A stretch of DNA of 64,000 nt, taken from NCBI GenBank assembly GCA_963813715.1, contig CAWFAK010000003.1:26191-90190 (forward strand), given 5' to 3'. Below, piece by piece: positions 20,482 through 33,757 of the stretch. The DNA comes from an uncultured Planctomycetaceae bacterium (GTDB lineage: Bacteria; Planctomycetota; Planctomycetia; Planctomycetales; Planctomycetaceae). The translations under genes were made by a program, and so were the position numbers. Positions within the stretch are counted from its first letter, which is position 1. Each line of letters starts with the position of its first letter. The notes beneath the pieces are model-generated. The model saw only the letters and a list, made by a program, of their open reading frames with translations. It was not told the DNA's origin and made no database searches.

Positions 20482-21023
20482 ATGGAGACGAGTGACTCGA
20501 CCACCGCGGAAGCTGCTGCCGGGACCACCTCGCACACCGCCCAGCCGACTCCCGAGTTGACGTTGGGCAGCGGCGCACCTGCCGAGGAAGCGCCGAAGAC
20601 TCACGCCGCTCCCACGATGCGCGGCCGTATCGACAGGTTCGGCGTGGCGATGGGGACCGGGCGCCGCAAGACGGCGGTCGCTCGCGTGCGGATTCGTCGC
20701 GGCACAGGCAAGATGACGATCAACAATCGTCCGCTCGAGGACTATTTCCGCGTTGAACGGAATCGGGCCGTCGTGCAGGGGCCGCTCGAGGCGACCGAGA
20801 TGGTCGGCCACGTCGATATCTGGGTCCGCGCCCAGGGCGGCGGCACGACGGGGCAGGTGGGAGCGATCGTGCTCGGCATCGCCCGTGCCCTACAGGCGAT
20901 GGAACCCAGCCTCCACGTCCGGCTGAGCGAAGGCGGCTTTTTGACCCGCGACGGCCGTATGGTCGAACGCAAGAAGTATGGCGCAAAAAGGCCCGCCGCA
21001 GCTTCCAATTCTCCAAGCGCTGA
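20482..21023 (+). CDS. rpsI: 30S ribosomal protein S9 (1-nt deletion near the C-terminus)
   Basis: GTGRRKTAVARV, GGGTTGQ, LTRDGRMVERKKYG; the shifted frame gives KKARRSFQFSKR* ending at 21023. Confidence 0.97.
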
Positions 21024-21234
21024 CGCTGGCGGGTCGTTTTTGGTCCCGGCTTCGCTTTCGCGCCAATTTCTACGGCTTGAGTGCTTGCGCGCCCCGGGCC
21101 GATCAATCGCGTTGACCTCGATCGGGGCTCGCGGATACACTTCGACCCCCGTCCGACCCGTCCGCGTTTTGCGGTTGGCGCTCTGAAGCCAGAGCCCGCT
21201 CGTCTGCGGACGAAACGAGGCGAAGGAGCGCCGC

Positions 21235-24200
21235 GTGAGAGTTCGCAAGGACGCGCCCGGTCCGCATCGCGCGGCCGCGTGCCTGCTGGCCGTCTGTCTG
21301 GCCGCCGCCATCTTCGTCCCACGATCGTGCGCGGGTGAAAACCCGCCCGTGGCGAGCCAGGCCGCGCCGGACCCGTTGGCCGGAATCGCCCCGATCAAGG
21401 CGGAGCCGATCACTGCCGAGATCATCGAGTCCCGGCGGAAAGAAGTCCGCAAAGCCAAGGACCTCGACGAAGACACTCGGGCGAAAATCCTCGATCTTTA
21501 TCAGCAGTCGCTCGACCTGCTGAAGGCAGCCCAGTCGTTCGCGGCCAAGACGGCTGCGGAAAAGAAGGACGCCGAACACGCACCCAAGCTGGCCGAAGAG
21601 GCGAAGGCTGACATCAAACACCGGCGGGACGAACAGGAGCATGCCGTCGCGGCCGCAAAGAGCGCGGCACCAACGTCCTCATCGATTCCGTCGGCCGCCA
21701 CCCAGCCAGCGCGCACCGTGACGGAACTCGAAGGGGAGTTGAGCGCCGCAAGTTCCTCGCGCGAAGCGCTCACCCGCAAGCAGACGCAGCTCGAAAAGGA
21801 AGCCAGTCGCCGTTCGACGCGCCGCAAAGAAATCCGCGAGCGTCTGCTGGCCATGCACGACGAGTTCGTCGAGGGGCGGAAGCAGGTTGCTGCGCCGCTG
21901 TCTAAGGATGAAGCGGCGGCGATGGCTCTGGCGCATCACAGCCTGGCACAGGCCAAGGTGCAGGCGCTCGAGCAGGAGGCTCCCTGTCTGCGTGCCGAGT
22001 TGGCTCAGCTCGACGCGGAGGATGCCGTCGATCTGGTTCGTCTCCAGCGCGACGTGCTGGTGCAGCGCATCGCCGGCGAAGAGCATCACATCAAATCGGT
22101 CACCGAGCTGTTGGACAAAACACGCCGAGTCGAGGGCGATCGGGCTGTGGCGGCCGCCCGCCGCCTCGAGGTCGAGACCGATCCGCTCTTGCAGGCGCAG
22201 GCTGCCGAGAACTTGCGCCTGGCCGAGGAATCCCAAAAGCTCAGCAAGCCGATCGAAACGGCCGAGCAGGAACTCAAGAAGGCGAAGGCCGCACTCGAAA
22301 AGTTCACCAAGCAATTCGCGCAGATCAAGCAGAAGGCCGACGGCGTCGGGCTGACGAATCCGATCGGGCAGCTGTTGCGCAAACAGCGGGCCGACCTGCC
22401 CGATCCTCCTCAGCGGAGCGTCGACGCCAGCAGTCAAATCATCGATACGATGCAGTTTCGGCTCTACGAGTTGGACGAAATCCGCTCGGGCGTCGCCAAT
22501 TCGGAACCGATCGTCCAGGAGATTCTGAGCCGCGCTCCGGCGAACATGAGCGAGGAGAGCCGGCGGCTCTTGGAGAAGGCTTCCCGCGACGTGCTCGAGA
22601 GCAAGCAGAAGTCGCTCGATACACTGACGCGAAACGTCAGCAATTACTGCGACACGCTGCTCGAGCTGGTCTTTACCCAGCGAAAGCTGATCGAGCTGCT
22701 GAACGAATACGCGCAGTACATCGACGAGCGCGTGCTCTGGATTCGCAGCAGCAAGCCGCTCGCCGCGTCGGACGTCTTTCGTGGTCGGGCGATCGCCTGG
22801 CTGGTTCGTCCATCCAATTGGGGCCAGGTAATTTCCGCCCTTTGGACCGACGCCCGCGCCAACCCGTTTGCGGTCTGCGCCTTCCTGCAGTTGGCGGCCG
22901 CCTTCTGGTACTTCCGCCGCCGCTTTAAGAGCGAGATCGAGAATCTGGGACACGATGCGCACCACTCGAACTTCACGCGGTTTCTCCCGACCCTGCGCGC
23001 CTTCGGACTGACCTTGGGAACCTCGCTTGCCGGGACGGGCATCTTGGCCTTTGTCGCCCGGCGCTTGGCTGTCTCGGCGTACGACGTCGACTTTCCCTCG
23101 GCCGTTTCCGACGCGCTTTACGCGACGGCCTGGTTCTTCCTGCCGCTCGATCTCATTCGCCGGACGTGCCGCAAGGACGGCCTGGCCGAATCGCACTTTG
23201 GCTGGCCGAGCGGCGCCACGAGAAGCGTGGCACGGGATATCTGGTGGGTGATGGCAATCGGGCTGCCGCTGACCTTTGCGTGCGAGCTGTTGCACGCGGC
23301 CGATCCGGACAGCGTGCGAAACGCCTGGGATCGCCTGTTGTTTGCGGCGGGGATGGCGTCGATCGCGTTTTTCATTTTCCGCGTCGTCCGACCGCAAGCC
23401 GGACTCGTCCGCGAGTTGTTTCCGGCCGAGCAAGACGAGTGGGTGGTGCGCCTGGAACGGATCGGCCGCTGGGCCGGAGCGATCGGCGCCGTGTTGATCG
23501 CGGCCCTCGTCGTGGGCGGTTACGACTACACGGCACGCCAGTTCGTTTGGCGGCTCTACCTCACCGGAATGGGCCTGCTGGGCGGCTACTACACGCGGGC
23601 CCTCCTGTTGCGTTGGATTCTCGTCCATCGGCGGCTGATGGGCATGCAGCAGTTGAAGGAGCGGCGGGTCACCGAGCTGCGTTCGACCGTCAACTCCGAC
23701 ACGTCGGTGGTGGCGGCCGTACATTCGGAGCCGGTGCCCAAGGTCGACCTGGCCGCGCTCAGCGCACAGACGCGGACTCTCGTGAACGTCGGTGTCCTCA
23801 GCTCGCTCTTCGTGAGCTTCTGGTGGATCTGGGTCGACGTCTTTCCGTCGATGGGCATTCTCAATCAATGGGAGCTGTGGCCGACCACGATCGGGGACCG
23901 AGTCGTGCAAATCACGATGGCCAACGTCGTCACCGCCGTCGCGATCGTCACGCTCACCTGGATCGCGATGCGGAACATCCCCGGACTGTTGGAGATGACC
24001 ATCTTGCAGCGGCTGCCCATCGATAATGCAGCTCGCTTTGCCTATAGCACGCTGGCCCGCTATGCCATCGTGGTAGTCGGGCTGGCGTCGGCCTCGAGCA
24101 CGATCGGCATCGGGTGGCAAAAGGTCCAGTGGCTGGCCACCGCGCTCACGTTCGGATTGGCGTTCGGCCTGCAGGAAATTTTTGCCAACTTCATCGCCGG

Positions 24201-24774
24201 TTTGATCATCCTCTTCGAGCGGCCGATCCGCGTGGGGGACATGGTGACGATCGATAATGTGACGGGCGTGGTCAGCCGCATCCGCATCCGCGCGACGACG
24301 ATCGGCGACAGCGACCGCAAGGAGTACATTGTCCCCAACAAGGAATTCATCACCGGCCGCACGCTCAACTGGACTCTGTCGGACACGATCAACCGCATCG
24401 TGATCAACGTCGGCATCGCCTACGGTTCTGACACGGAGCTGGCGCGGGATTTATTGCTCAAGGCGGCCCACGATCATCCGGCCGTCCTCCGCGATCCGGA
24501 GCCGAGTGCTTCGTTCGAGGAGTTTGGCGAGGCGAGCCTGAAACTCGTGCTGCGCTGTTTCTTGCCCAACCTGACGGAGCGGACCCGCGTGATTCACGAA
24601 CTGCACACGACGATCAATCGTTCGTTTGCGGCCCACGGCATCGAGATTCCCTTCCTCCAGCCCGAGACCGCGGCCAAGCCGACCTTCCCCCTGATTGCCA
24701 AGAAGGGCAGCGGGGAAGGGGAGGGGACCTTAATCGGGCCGCCCTCCGGTCACCACGAGCCGGAAGCGGCGTGA
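21235..24774 (+). CDS. MscK/MscM-like large mechanosensitive channel (MscS family)
   Basis: Signal peptide, long coiled coil, multiple TMs, GLAFGLQEIFANFIAGLIILFERPIRVGD, VPNKEFIT. Confidence 0.92.
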   Translation: MRVRKDAPGPHRAAACLLAVCLAAAIFVPRSCAGENPPVASQAAPDPLAGIAPIKAEPITAEIIESRRKEVRKAKDLDEDTRAKILDLYQQSLDLLKAAQSFAAKTAAEKKDAEHAPKLAEEAKADIKHRRDEQEHAVAAAKSAAPTSSSIPSAATQPARTVTELEGELSAASSSREALTRKQTQLEKEASRRSTRRKEIRERLLAMHDEFVEGRKQVAAPLSKDEAAAMALAHHSLAQAKVQALEQEAPCLRAELAQLDAEDAVDLVRLQRDVLVQRIAGEEHHIKSVTELLDKTRRVEGDRAVAAARRLEVETDPLLQAQAAENLRLAEESQKLSKPIETAEQELKKAKAALEKFTKQFAQIKQKADGVGLTNPIGQLLRKQRADLPDPPQRSVDASSQIIDTMQFRLYELDEIRSGVANSEPIVQEILSRAPANMSEESRRLLEKASRDVLESKQKSLDTLTRNVSNYCDTLLELVFTQRKLIELLNEYAQYIDERVLWIRSSKPLAASDVFRGRAIAWLVRPSNWGQVISALWTDARANPFAVCAFLQLAAAFWYFRRRFKSEIENLGHDAHHSNFTRFLPTLRAFGLTLGTSLAGTGILAFVARRLAVSAYDVDFPSAVSDALYATAWFFLPLDLIRRTCRKDGLAESHFGWPSGATRSVARDIWWVMAIGLPLTFACELLHAADPDSVRNAWDRLLFAAGMASIAFFIFRVVRPQAGLVRELFPAEQDEWVVRLERIGRWAGAIGAVLIAALVVGGYDYTARQFVWRLYLTGMGLLGGYYTRALLLRWILVHRRLMGMQQLKERRVTELRSTVNSDTSVVAAVHSEPVPKVDLAALSAQTRTLVNVGVLSSLFVSFWWIWVDVFPSMGILNQWELWPTTIGDRVVQITMANVVTAVAIVTLTWIAMRNIPGLLEMTILQRLPIDNAARFAYSTLARYAIVVVGLASASSTIGIGWQKVQWLATALTFGLAFGLQEIFANFIAGLIILFERPIRVGDMVTIDNVTGVVSRIRIRATTIGDSDRKEYIVPNKEFITGRTLNWTLSDTINRIVINVGIAYGSDTELARDLLLKAAHDHPAVLRDPEPSASFEEFGEASLKLVLRCFLPNLTERTRVIHELHTTINRSFAAHGIEIPFLQPETAAKPTFPLIAKKGSGEGEGTLIGPPSGHHEPEAA

Positions 24775-24804
24775 GCTCGGACGGCCTGAGCGTGGCAGAT
24801 CGCT

Positions 24805-26609
24805 TCAGACGTCCAGGCCCATCAGCCGCATGATCTCGAGCGCGTTGCTCTTCTGCACGACTCCGGAGCGGATGCGGTAGTCGAACGTCATCTTGCCGTC
24901 GATCAGCGAATCCTCGAAGTGGAAGTTGATCGCGTGGCTGTCGAGGCGGTTGACCAGCTCGGTGAGCGCCAGGTCGTGCGTCGTCACCAGTCCGATCGCG
25001 CCTCGCGTGACGAGCGCGCGAATGACGCCTTCCGAACCGATCAGCCGGTCGTGCGAGTTGGTCCCCTGCAGGATTTCGTCGAAGAGGAAGAGCAGGGGCC
25101 GGCCGCGGGACGACAGGTCGACGACCGACTTGAGCCGGCTGACGGCCGCGTAAAAGAGTGATTCGCCGCTTTGCAGCGAATCGTGGATCCGCATCGCCGT
25201 GCCGATTTGAAAGACCGAGGTGTTTAGCCGCTGCGCTCGAACCGTGGTGCCCGCCTGGGCGAGCACGAGGTTGGTGCCGATCGTCCGCAGCATCGTGCTT
25301 TTGCCCGACATGTTAGAGCCACTGATCAGGATCAGCCGCGTCTTTTCGTCGAGGCAGACGTTGTTGGACACGCATTGGCCGCGGGGGATGAGCGGGTGGC
25401 CGATCTGGCTGGCCTCGAAGCGGGTGCCGGCGTCGAGAATTTCGGGAAATGGCTGTTCGGGCCGTTCGTAGGCAAAGCCGGCCAGGCAGGCGAGAGCTTC
25501 AAATTCGCCGACGGCCCGCAGCCAGTCGGGAATGTGCGGTCCGACCTCGCCTCGCCAGACTTCAATCGCGTGCACGAGATGCACCGGCAGTCCCAGCACA
25601 AAGGCAATCGGAGCGAAAAACTGATTTCGCAGGCTGTTATTGAGGTAGTCGATCAGCCGCTGAAGACGGGCGATTTGCCGCGAGGGAGGGAGGCCCTGCG
25701 TGTCGAGGCGGCGGCGGATGTCGGTCAATAGGGGCGCGGAAAACTGCTCCTGCTCGAGAATCGCCAGGACCTGCGACAGGATCGACAGCCCCGACGCGGC
25801 TTCGTCGGCGGTCTGGGCCAGGCGACGAATGTGTCGCCCGTGCGAGATGGCCACCACTCCCTGCACGATCAGCATGAAGACGAAGGGAAACAGAATGTTC
25901 CAGACGCAGAGCACGATCAGCGTGGCGACGGAGAAGACCGCCAGCACCAGCGCGGCCACGCGGACCGGGCCGCTGATCGGCCAGGCCGTCTCGGAGGCCC
26001 ACGCACTCAGGCGATTTTGATCCAAATCGTCGCGCACTTCGGCGTCGAGGATGGCGATTCGTTCGCGCAACTCGATCCTTGGCGCGAGTTCCGCGACCGC
26101 TTGTTGTCGCTGCCGGATGATTTCCGGCGCAACCGGATCACGCAACCAGGCGGCGAGCGTATCTTCGCCCAGACGAGTGCGGGCCTGGCAGAGCAACTCG
26201 AAGAGTGAGCCGCGCCCGAACAGGTCGAGATCGCCGGCGTAGAGGTGAGCTTCGTCGCTGTAGCGGTCCCCAGGCGTGCCGTCGCCGCGCCAGCGATCGG
26301 CCAGGCGCCGCAGGCAGCGCTCCCAATAGGCGGTCGCGCGGCGGGCCTGCTTGAGCCGGTCCTCGACGGAGTCCTGCGCCAGACGAGCGCGACGAACAGC
26401 ACCAGAAAGCCGATCACCGGCCGTAACGATCCGTTCTCCGACCAGTACCAAATGGCGGCAGCGACCAGGGCGGCGAGAAATACGAAGCCGCGGGCCGCGG
26501 AGATGCGATCGTCGATCGTGGTGAGGCGTTTGAGCCGGGCGAGGCGATCTTCCAGGCGACGCTGATATTCCGACACCCGATCCGCAACCGGGGCGACTGT
26601 CATCGGCAT
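24805..26609 (-). CDS. MutS-family ATPase (domain V with N-terminal TMs; not canonical MutS1); indel near 26380
   Basis: DLDLFGRGSLF, ISGSNMSGKSTMLR, FDEILQGTNSHDR, TTHD. Confidence 0.88.
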
Positions 26610-26716
26610 CACGCTGAGATCTCAAACGGAGGGGAGGGCGGGTGACTGCGGTTTTTCCGCGGGTCGTCGTCCGCCGCTGACAATCGTCGCTTTGCGCTTT
26701 CGCCCGTGACCTGGCT

Positions 26717-27652
26717 TTAGCCTTTGAGTTCGACGGCCACGCGTTCCAGGAGCCGCTTGGTGGCACGAATCCCGTCCGGCTCGCTGATCTTGTTGCCCTC
26801 GTACTCGATGCCCACGCGGCCATGATAGCCGGCATCGAGCACGATCTTCATCATCCGATGATAATCGGTCTCGACGCAGTTGCCCTGCGCGTCGAAATCG
26901 TGCGTCTTGGCGCTCACCCCTTTGGCGTAGCGCATCATTTCGGCCACGCCTTTGTAGCGGTCGTAGTCGTAGAAATTGCCGAAGTCGGGCAAGGTGCCGC
27001 AGCGGGGATTGTCGACCAGCCGCATCACGCCGGTGAGCCAGTCGCCGTGGGACGAAAGGCCACCGTGATTTTCCACGATCACGCTGATCTGCTGCTGGGC
27101 TCCGTACTCCACGAGCTGCCGCAGGCCGTCGGCCACCAGCTTCATCGTTTCGTCGAACGTGCCTTTGCTGTGAGCGTTGACCCGGATGGCGTGGCAGCCG
27201 AGCGTCTTGGCCGCGTCGACCCAGCGATGATGGTTTTGCACGGCCTTCTGACGCTTGGCCGTGTCCGGATCGCCGAGAGCGCCCTCGTCATCGATCATGA
27301 TCAGGACGTTCTGCACGCCCTCACCGGCCGCCCGTTTGTTGAGCTCGGCCAGGTACTTTTGGTCCTGCGCCTTGTCCTTGAAGAACTGGTTGACGTACTC
27401 GCACGCCGCGATCCCGTAATCGCGCTTGGCGACGACGGGAAAATCGAGATTTGTCAGTTCGCCATGCTTCAAGGCCCGGTGCAGCGACCATTCGGCGAGC
27501 GAGATCTTGAACAGCGGCTCCGTCGAGTCGGCGGCCCACAGCTTCTGCGCCTGCGGCAATAGACCAGCGGTGAAGGCGCCGCCCGCCAACAAGGCCGACT
27601 GCCGCAGAAAATTTCGACGATCGAAATCTCGACGATCCGTGAGCTGCGCCAT
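26717..27652 (-). CDS. Tat-exported sugar phosphate isomerase/epimerase
   Basis: RRNFL Tat motif; [35 protein letters not shown]. Confidence 0.88.
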   Translation of the reverse strand: MAQLTDRRDFDRRNFLRQSALLAGGAFTAGLLPQAQKLWAADSTEPLFKISLAEWSLHRALKHGELTNLDFPVVAKRDYGIAACEYVNQFFKDKAQDQKYLAELNKRAAGEGVQNVLIMIDDEGALGDPDTAKRQKAVQNHHRWVDAAKTLGCHAIRVNAHSKGTFDETMKLVADGLRQLVEYGAQQQISVIVENHGGLSSHGDWLTGVMRLVDNPRCGTLPDFGNFYDYDRYKGVAEMMRYAKGVSAKTHDFDAQGNCVETDYHRMMKIVLDAGYHGRVGIEYEGNKISEPDGIRATKRLLERVAVELKG

Positions 27653-27725
27653 TGAAAGTCCTCACACATCCGGCGGGGCCGGGCGCGTTGACCGTGGACA
27701 AACGCCCGCGCTCCCGAACGGCATT

Positions 27726-29048
<1,323 letters not shown>

Positions 29049-29294
29049 TTCGGTTTCAGGCGTCGGACGGATGGTCGGTCAGATCGACGTCAGTCGAGGC
29101 GATCGCGACAGCAGAGCAGGGTGCGACAGCATAGTGTTGATAGCACGCTGTGCGGCCCTGAGACCCTAGCGGCTCCGCAGCATCGTACCATAGGGGGTCT
29201 GCCTCATTCGAGCAACCTTGTTGACTGGCTGAAGGGAGCGTTTTAACGTACAGATTGCGGGTTGGTGACGCGAAACATCCAGAGGATCCTGACG

Positions 29295-30539
29295 ATGAAC
29301 TGGCGGCGTTTTTTGGTTCTCGTGTTGGCAGCGGCCGTGACGACAGTTGCCGTCGCCGCTCCGCCCTCGTCCGAGCGAAAATCGTCGACAAAAAAGGGAT
29401 CCGGCCTGGCGCGAAAAAAGGCGAAGGACGACGATGCGCCCGAGACGGAAACTCCCGCGCAGCCGCCGACTGCCGCGCAGCCGGGTTCGGGGCAGATCGT
29501 GATCCATCGTCAGCCGCTGCACCTCCGCGCTCCCGAAAAATATCAGGTGCCGATGCACCTCGAGCCGCTGCAAACGGTCCGCGTCGCGTCTCCGTTCGAC
29601 GGCGTCGTCAAAGCCCTCTTGCGTAAGCCCGGCCAAAAGATCGAGACGGCGACCGAGATCGCCCGCATGGATGTGACGGCCAAGCAACTCATGCTCGACC
29701 GCGCCAAGGCCCTCTATCGGGCCGCGCAGCTGGAAGCCGAGCAGCTTGGAGGCGGGAAGGGGAGTTCGGAAGGAGCCGGAGCGTCCACCGCGCCCATCAA
29801 CCGACAGCTCGCCGACGCGCGACTGGCTGCCGCCAAGGCCGACCTCGACCTGGCCTCTTACTGGGTAGACCAGGGGAGCCTGCGAGCGCCATTTTCGGCG
29901 GAGGTATTTGGCGTGCTCGTCGCGGAGGGACAGGTCGTCCGCATGGGCGATCCGCTGGTGGTGCTGGGCGATATCAGTTCGTTGAAGGTCGAAGTCCCCG
30001 TCGATCGCGCGTCGACCTCGGTGGGACAGAGTATTTCAATCAAGGTCGAAGACCAGGTGATGAGTGGCAAGGTGGAGGCGCTCTTGCCCCTGTCGTCGCA
30101 TTTCGAGCCCTTGCGCGACTTGCTGCCTTCGGCTGCGCTTGCCACCGTCGTGCTCAAAAACTCCGAAGGGGCGCTGAAGGCGGGCCAAACTGTCTACTCA
30201 CCGCTCGTGCCCCGGGACCTCGTGGCCGACGTGCCGAACAGCTGTATTGGCAACGTCGGGGACGGCGGGCACAAGGTTCAGGTGCTGCGGGGCGACACCG
30301 TTCGCGATGTGGCGGTCGCTACGTTGGCGGCGGTCGGGGACGGCCGCTCGTTTGTCACCGGCCCATTCCGGGAGGGGGACGAGGTCATCGAGTCCAGTTC
30401 GCAGGAGTTGGCCGATGGCACTGTTGTTCGCTCCTCGCCGATGGCAGCGCCTGCCAAATCGAAGGCTGGCGCGACGGCGGGGCACGCCGCCACGAGCGAT
30501 AAGCCTGCGGGCGAGAAGCCAAGCACCGGCGGTATCTAG
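29295..30539 (+). CDS. RND/HlyD-family periplasmic adaptor
   Basis: Signal peptide; lipoyl halves VASPFDGVV and LRAPFSAEV flank a helical hairpin. Confidence 0.8.
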   Translation: MNWRRFLVLVLAAAVTTVAVAAPPSSERKSSTKKGSGLARKKAKDDDAPETETPAQPPTAAQPGSGQIVIHRQPLHLRAPEKYQVPMHLEPLQTVRVASPFDGVVKALLRKPGQKIETATEIARMDVTAKQLMLDRAKALYRAAQLEAEQLGGGKGSSEGAGASTAPINRQLADARLAAAKADLDLASYWVDQGSLRAPFSAEVFGVLVAEGQVVRMGDPLVVLGDISSLKVEVPVDRASTSVGQSISIKVEDQVMSGKVEALLPLSSHFEPLRDLLPSAALATVVLKNSEGALKAGQTVYSPLVPRDLVADVPNSCIGNVGDGGHKVQVLRGDTVRDVAVATLAAVGDGRSFVTGPFREGDEVIESSSQELADGTVVRSSPMAAPAKSKAGATAGHAATSDKPAGEKPSTGGI

Positions 30540-30796
30540 CCTCGAGTCTCGACCGGACGGCGACGACTTTCAGTGTCGAGCTTCCTTAGGGGGACGGTTC
30601 GGCCACCTTTTGACCCTGATCCCACCCCGCTTGGTTGTGCCTGAGGCGGGTCGACTCCGGTATACTTAGAGGACGGGCGGGCGGGTCTCTTCTCAGGGCC
30701 GATCCTGGAGATCTTTCATCCGAAGGAGCGCGCTGAAAACGTTCCGGCCGCCCGGCATCCTGACGCCGATCAACCGCTTGTGTGCGGAGCAGTGCT

Positions 30797-32553
30797 TTGT
30801 CCGACGAAATCATTATCGACGATTACCTGTTGCTGAACCACATCTCGACGGGCAGCTCGACGCAAGTCTGGGAGGCCAGCGACAAAGGTGGAGGGGATCG
30901 GCGCTACGCGATGAAGGTCATGCTGCCCGAGGCGCTGGCCGAGTCCGAGCAGCGGTCCGTGCTCAAGCACGAAGCCAAGCTGGCCGAGCGCTTCGAGCAT
31001 CCCAATCTGGTGCGCTTCCAGAAGCTGGTGCTAAACAAAAAACGCGGGTACATCCTGATGGACTACTTCCGCGCGCCGAATCTCAAAACGCAGATTCAAT
31101 CCGAACTCACTTCGGTGCAGGCCCGCTTCACGCGGCTGGTCGAACAGCTCTGCCAGGTGCTGGGCTATCTTCATGGCCTCGGCTATGTGCATCGCGACAT
31201 CAAACCGGACAACATCCTCTTCAACAAAGCGTCCGAGTTGAAGCTGATCGACTTCTCGCTGACGACTAAGGCCGCTGGCGCCGTCGCGAAAATGCTCGGC
31301 AGCAAAGAGAAGACCATCCAGGGGACGCGAACCTACATTCCGCCCGAGGCGATCCTCAAGGCGCCCATCACGCCGCGATCGGACATCTACAGCCTGGGCG
31401 TTACGTTGTTCGAGGTGCTCACGGGCGATCCGCCGTTTCGCGGCAGCAGCCCGGACGATTTGCTCAAGAAACATCTCACCGGCCAGGTGCCTGAGCCGTC
31501 GGGATTCAATGCCAACGTGACGCCGGAAATGGACCGCATGATCCTCAAGATGCTGGCGAAAAATCCTAAGAAGCGTCAGCAGGACACCCACGAGGTGATG
31601 GCCGAGTTCCGCAACATCAAGCCGTTCAAAGAAGACGTGCTGGAGGTCGACCGCCGGCGCAAAGCGGAGGAAGCCGAGCGCGATAAGACCACGCTCGATA
31701 AGGCAGGGCGGCTTGATAGTCGCGCCGATCACGAGCGGCAGCAGTACTTCAAGGCGAATCCCGATTTGGTGGTCAAGGAAGCTCCGAAAAAGGCCCCGCC
31801 TCAAGCCGGGAAGACAGCGAAGGCCGCGGACACGAAGGCAGCGCCGAGCCCCGCCAAACCAGCAGCCGCTGCGCCGCCCGCGCGTCCGCAGCAACCGGCG
31901 GCGCCGCAGCCTGGTGCACAGCAGCCTGCCCGCCCGGCACAGGCACAGCCGCCGATGCCACAACAACCGATGCCCCAACATCAGCAGCCGATGCAGCAAC
32001 CCATGCACCCGGGCTACGCGAATCCGTACGGCCATCCCGGCTACGGGCAGCAGCCTTATCCTTATCCGATGGCCGGCTACCCTGGCGGCGCGCCCTACCC
32101 GCAGCAACCCGGGTATCCGGGCGGGCAGTATCCCGGTGGTGGCGGCTATCCGCAGGGTTATCCGCCACAACAAATGCCCGGGCAGATGCCGCCGGGTCAG
32201 ATGCCCCCGGGTCAACCGGGCGGTTATCCACCGGGCGCCTATCCCGTGCGCCGGGTCCTTACGGGGCGGCTCCGTACGGCAGCCAGATGCGAATGCCGAC
32301 GCCCGGTCCGCAGCCGGGTGCCCCCGGTCAAGCACCGGTCGTCCGATGGCGCCGGGTCCCCAGCAACCACCGCAACAGCCGTCGGCGAGTAACCAGGCCG
32401 CGGTTGCCGCGCAGCAGCAGTTGCTCCAGCAGATGATGGGCGGAGCCCAGGCCGGCTCCCGCTCAGCCGCCTCGGCCGCAGGCTGCCGCGCAGAAACCGG
32501 CGGCCCCGGCCAAAGATCTCCCCTTGATGGATCAGTTGCCACCCGTTAAATGA
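30797..32553 (+). CDS. Hanks-type Ser/Thr protein kinase with a Pro/Gln/Gly/Tyr-rich tail (tail frameshifted)
   Basis: AMK, HPNLV, HRDIKPDN, DFS, GTRTYIPPE, SDIYSLG; likely C-terminus DLPLMDQLPPVK*. Confidence 0.9.
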
Positions 32554-32607
32554 CGACGGGCTGATCTCAGCAAATCCGGGCCGCGCGGTCCTGTTTCGCT
32601 TCGCCCG

Positions 32608-33702
32608 TTGGAAGGGTTGGTCCCTTTGGCGTCGACGTACCTCGAACTCGCATTCGAAAAGCAGATCCACGAAAAGGAGCGGCAGCTCTCCGCGCTCGAG
32701 GCGCACATCAGCGAAACGCCCGACGCTCGAGAAGCCATCCGCACCTTGCGGGCCACGATCCAGAATGAGCTGCGCGAGCTTTACGAGAACCTGAACCCGT
32801 CCGACGTCGTGAAGGTCGCCCGGCACTCGGCGCGGCCGCAGGCCCTCGACTACATCGAGCTGGTCTTCGACGAGTTCGTCGAGCTGCACGGGGACCGCGC
32901 CTTCGGCGACGACCGCGCGATGATCACCGGCTTCGCCAAGCTCGAGGATCAAAAGGTCCTGGTCGTCGGTCAGCACAAAGGCCGGACGATCAAGGAACGC
33001 GAGGAACGCTTCTTCGGCTGCGCCCATCCGGAGGGCTACCGCAAGGCGCTCGAGAAGATGAAGCTGGCGGCGAAATTCCGGCTGCCCATCATCTGCCTGA
33101 TCGATACGCCCGGGGCCTATCCGGGGATCGGTGCTGAAGAGCGCGGCCAGGCCAGCAGCATCGCCGTCAACCTCCGCGACCTGTCGCTCTTGCGGACGCC
33201 CATGGTTTGCGTCGTGATTGGTGAAGGGGGTTCGGGCGGAGCGCTCGGCATCGGCGTCGGCGACCACATCGCCATGCTCCAGTTCGCCTACTATTCGGTG
33301 ATCAGCCCCGAAGGCTGTGCCGGCATCCTCTGGAAGACCCGGGACGCTCGCAACGTCGACCAGGCGGCCCGGGCCTTGAAGTTCACCAGTGCCGACCTGC
33401 TACGGATGGGGATCGTCGACGAGGTGATCAAAGAGCCGCTAGGGGGCGCCCACCGCGACCATCGGCAGATGGCGGCCACGCTCAAGGACTCGTTGCAGAA
33501 GGCGCTGCGGAAGCTGTCGGTCATCCAGACGGAGACGCTGTTGACCCGCCGCTACCAGAAGTTCCGCAAGATCGGCGTCTATGAGGAACGGGCCGTCGAA
33601 GAGCTGACAGCGACAGAGAAGCCGGCGACAGAGAAGACAGAGAAGGCCAAGTCAGACGACCCGGCAAAGAACAATGGCAGCAACGGAAAGACCGGCAAGT
33701 GA
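32608..33702 (+). CDS. accA: Acetyl-CoA carboxylase carboxyltransferase alpha
   Basis: ELHGDRAFGDD, PEGYRKA, DTPGAYPGIGAEERGQ, GEGGSGGALG, YSVISPEGCA. Confidence 0.98.
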   Translation: MEGLVPLASTYLELAFEKQIHEKERQLSALEAHISETPDAREAIRTLRATIQNELRELYENLNPSDVVKVARHSARPQALDYIELVFDEFVELHGDRAFGDDRAMITGFAKLEDQKVLVVGQHKGRTIKEREERFFGCAHPEGYRKALEKMKLAAKFRLPIICLIDTPGAYPGIGAEERGQASSIAVNLRDLSLLRTPMVCVVIGEGGSGGALGIGVGDHIAMLQFAYYSVISPEGCAGILWKTRDARNVDQAARALKFTSADLLRMGIVDEVIKEPLGGAHRDHRQMAATLKDSLQKALRKLSVIQTETLLTRRYQKFRKIGVYEERAVEELTATEKPATEKTEKAKSDDPAKNNGSNGKTGK

Positions 33703-33757
33703 ATCGCCGGGCGGGGCGCCCTGGGAGCCGAGCAAGCCGTTTTCAGGCCGATCCGCA

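Noticed and set aside
21679..24120. Long antisense ORFs (813 aa here; also 56554..58086, 59897..61342, 61665..63164)
   Set aside because: Shadow frames of well-supported genes, expected in high-GC DNA; no recognisable motifs.
29049..29260. SAH riboswitch upstream of ahcY
   Set aside because: I could not find the conserved GAGGAGCG..UGC / AGGCUC / AACGGCGCU pseudoknot elements on the - strand; an Infernal scan would settle it.
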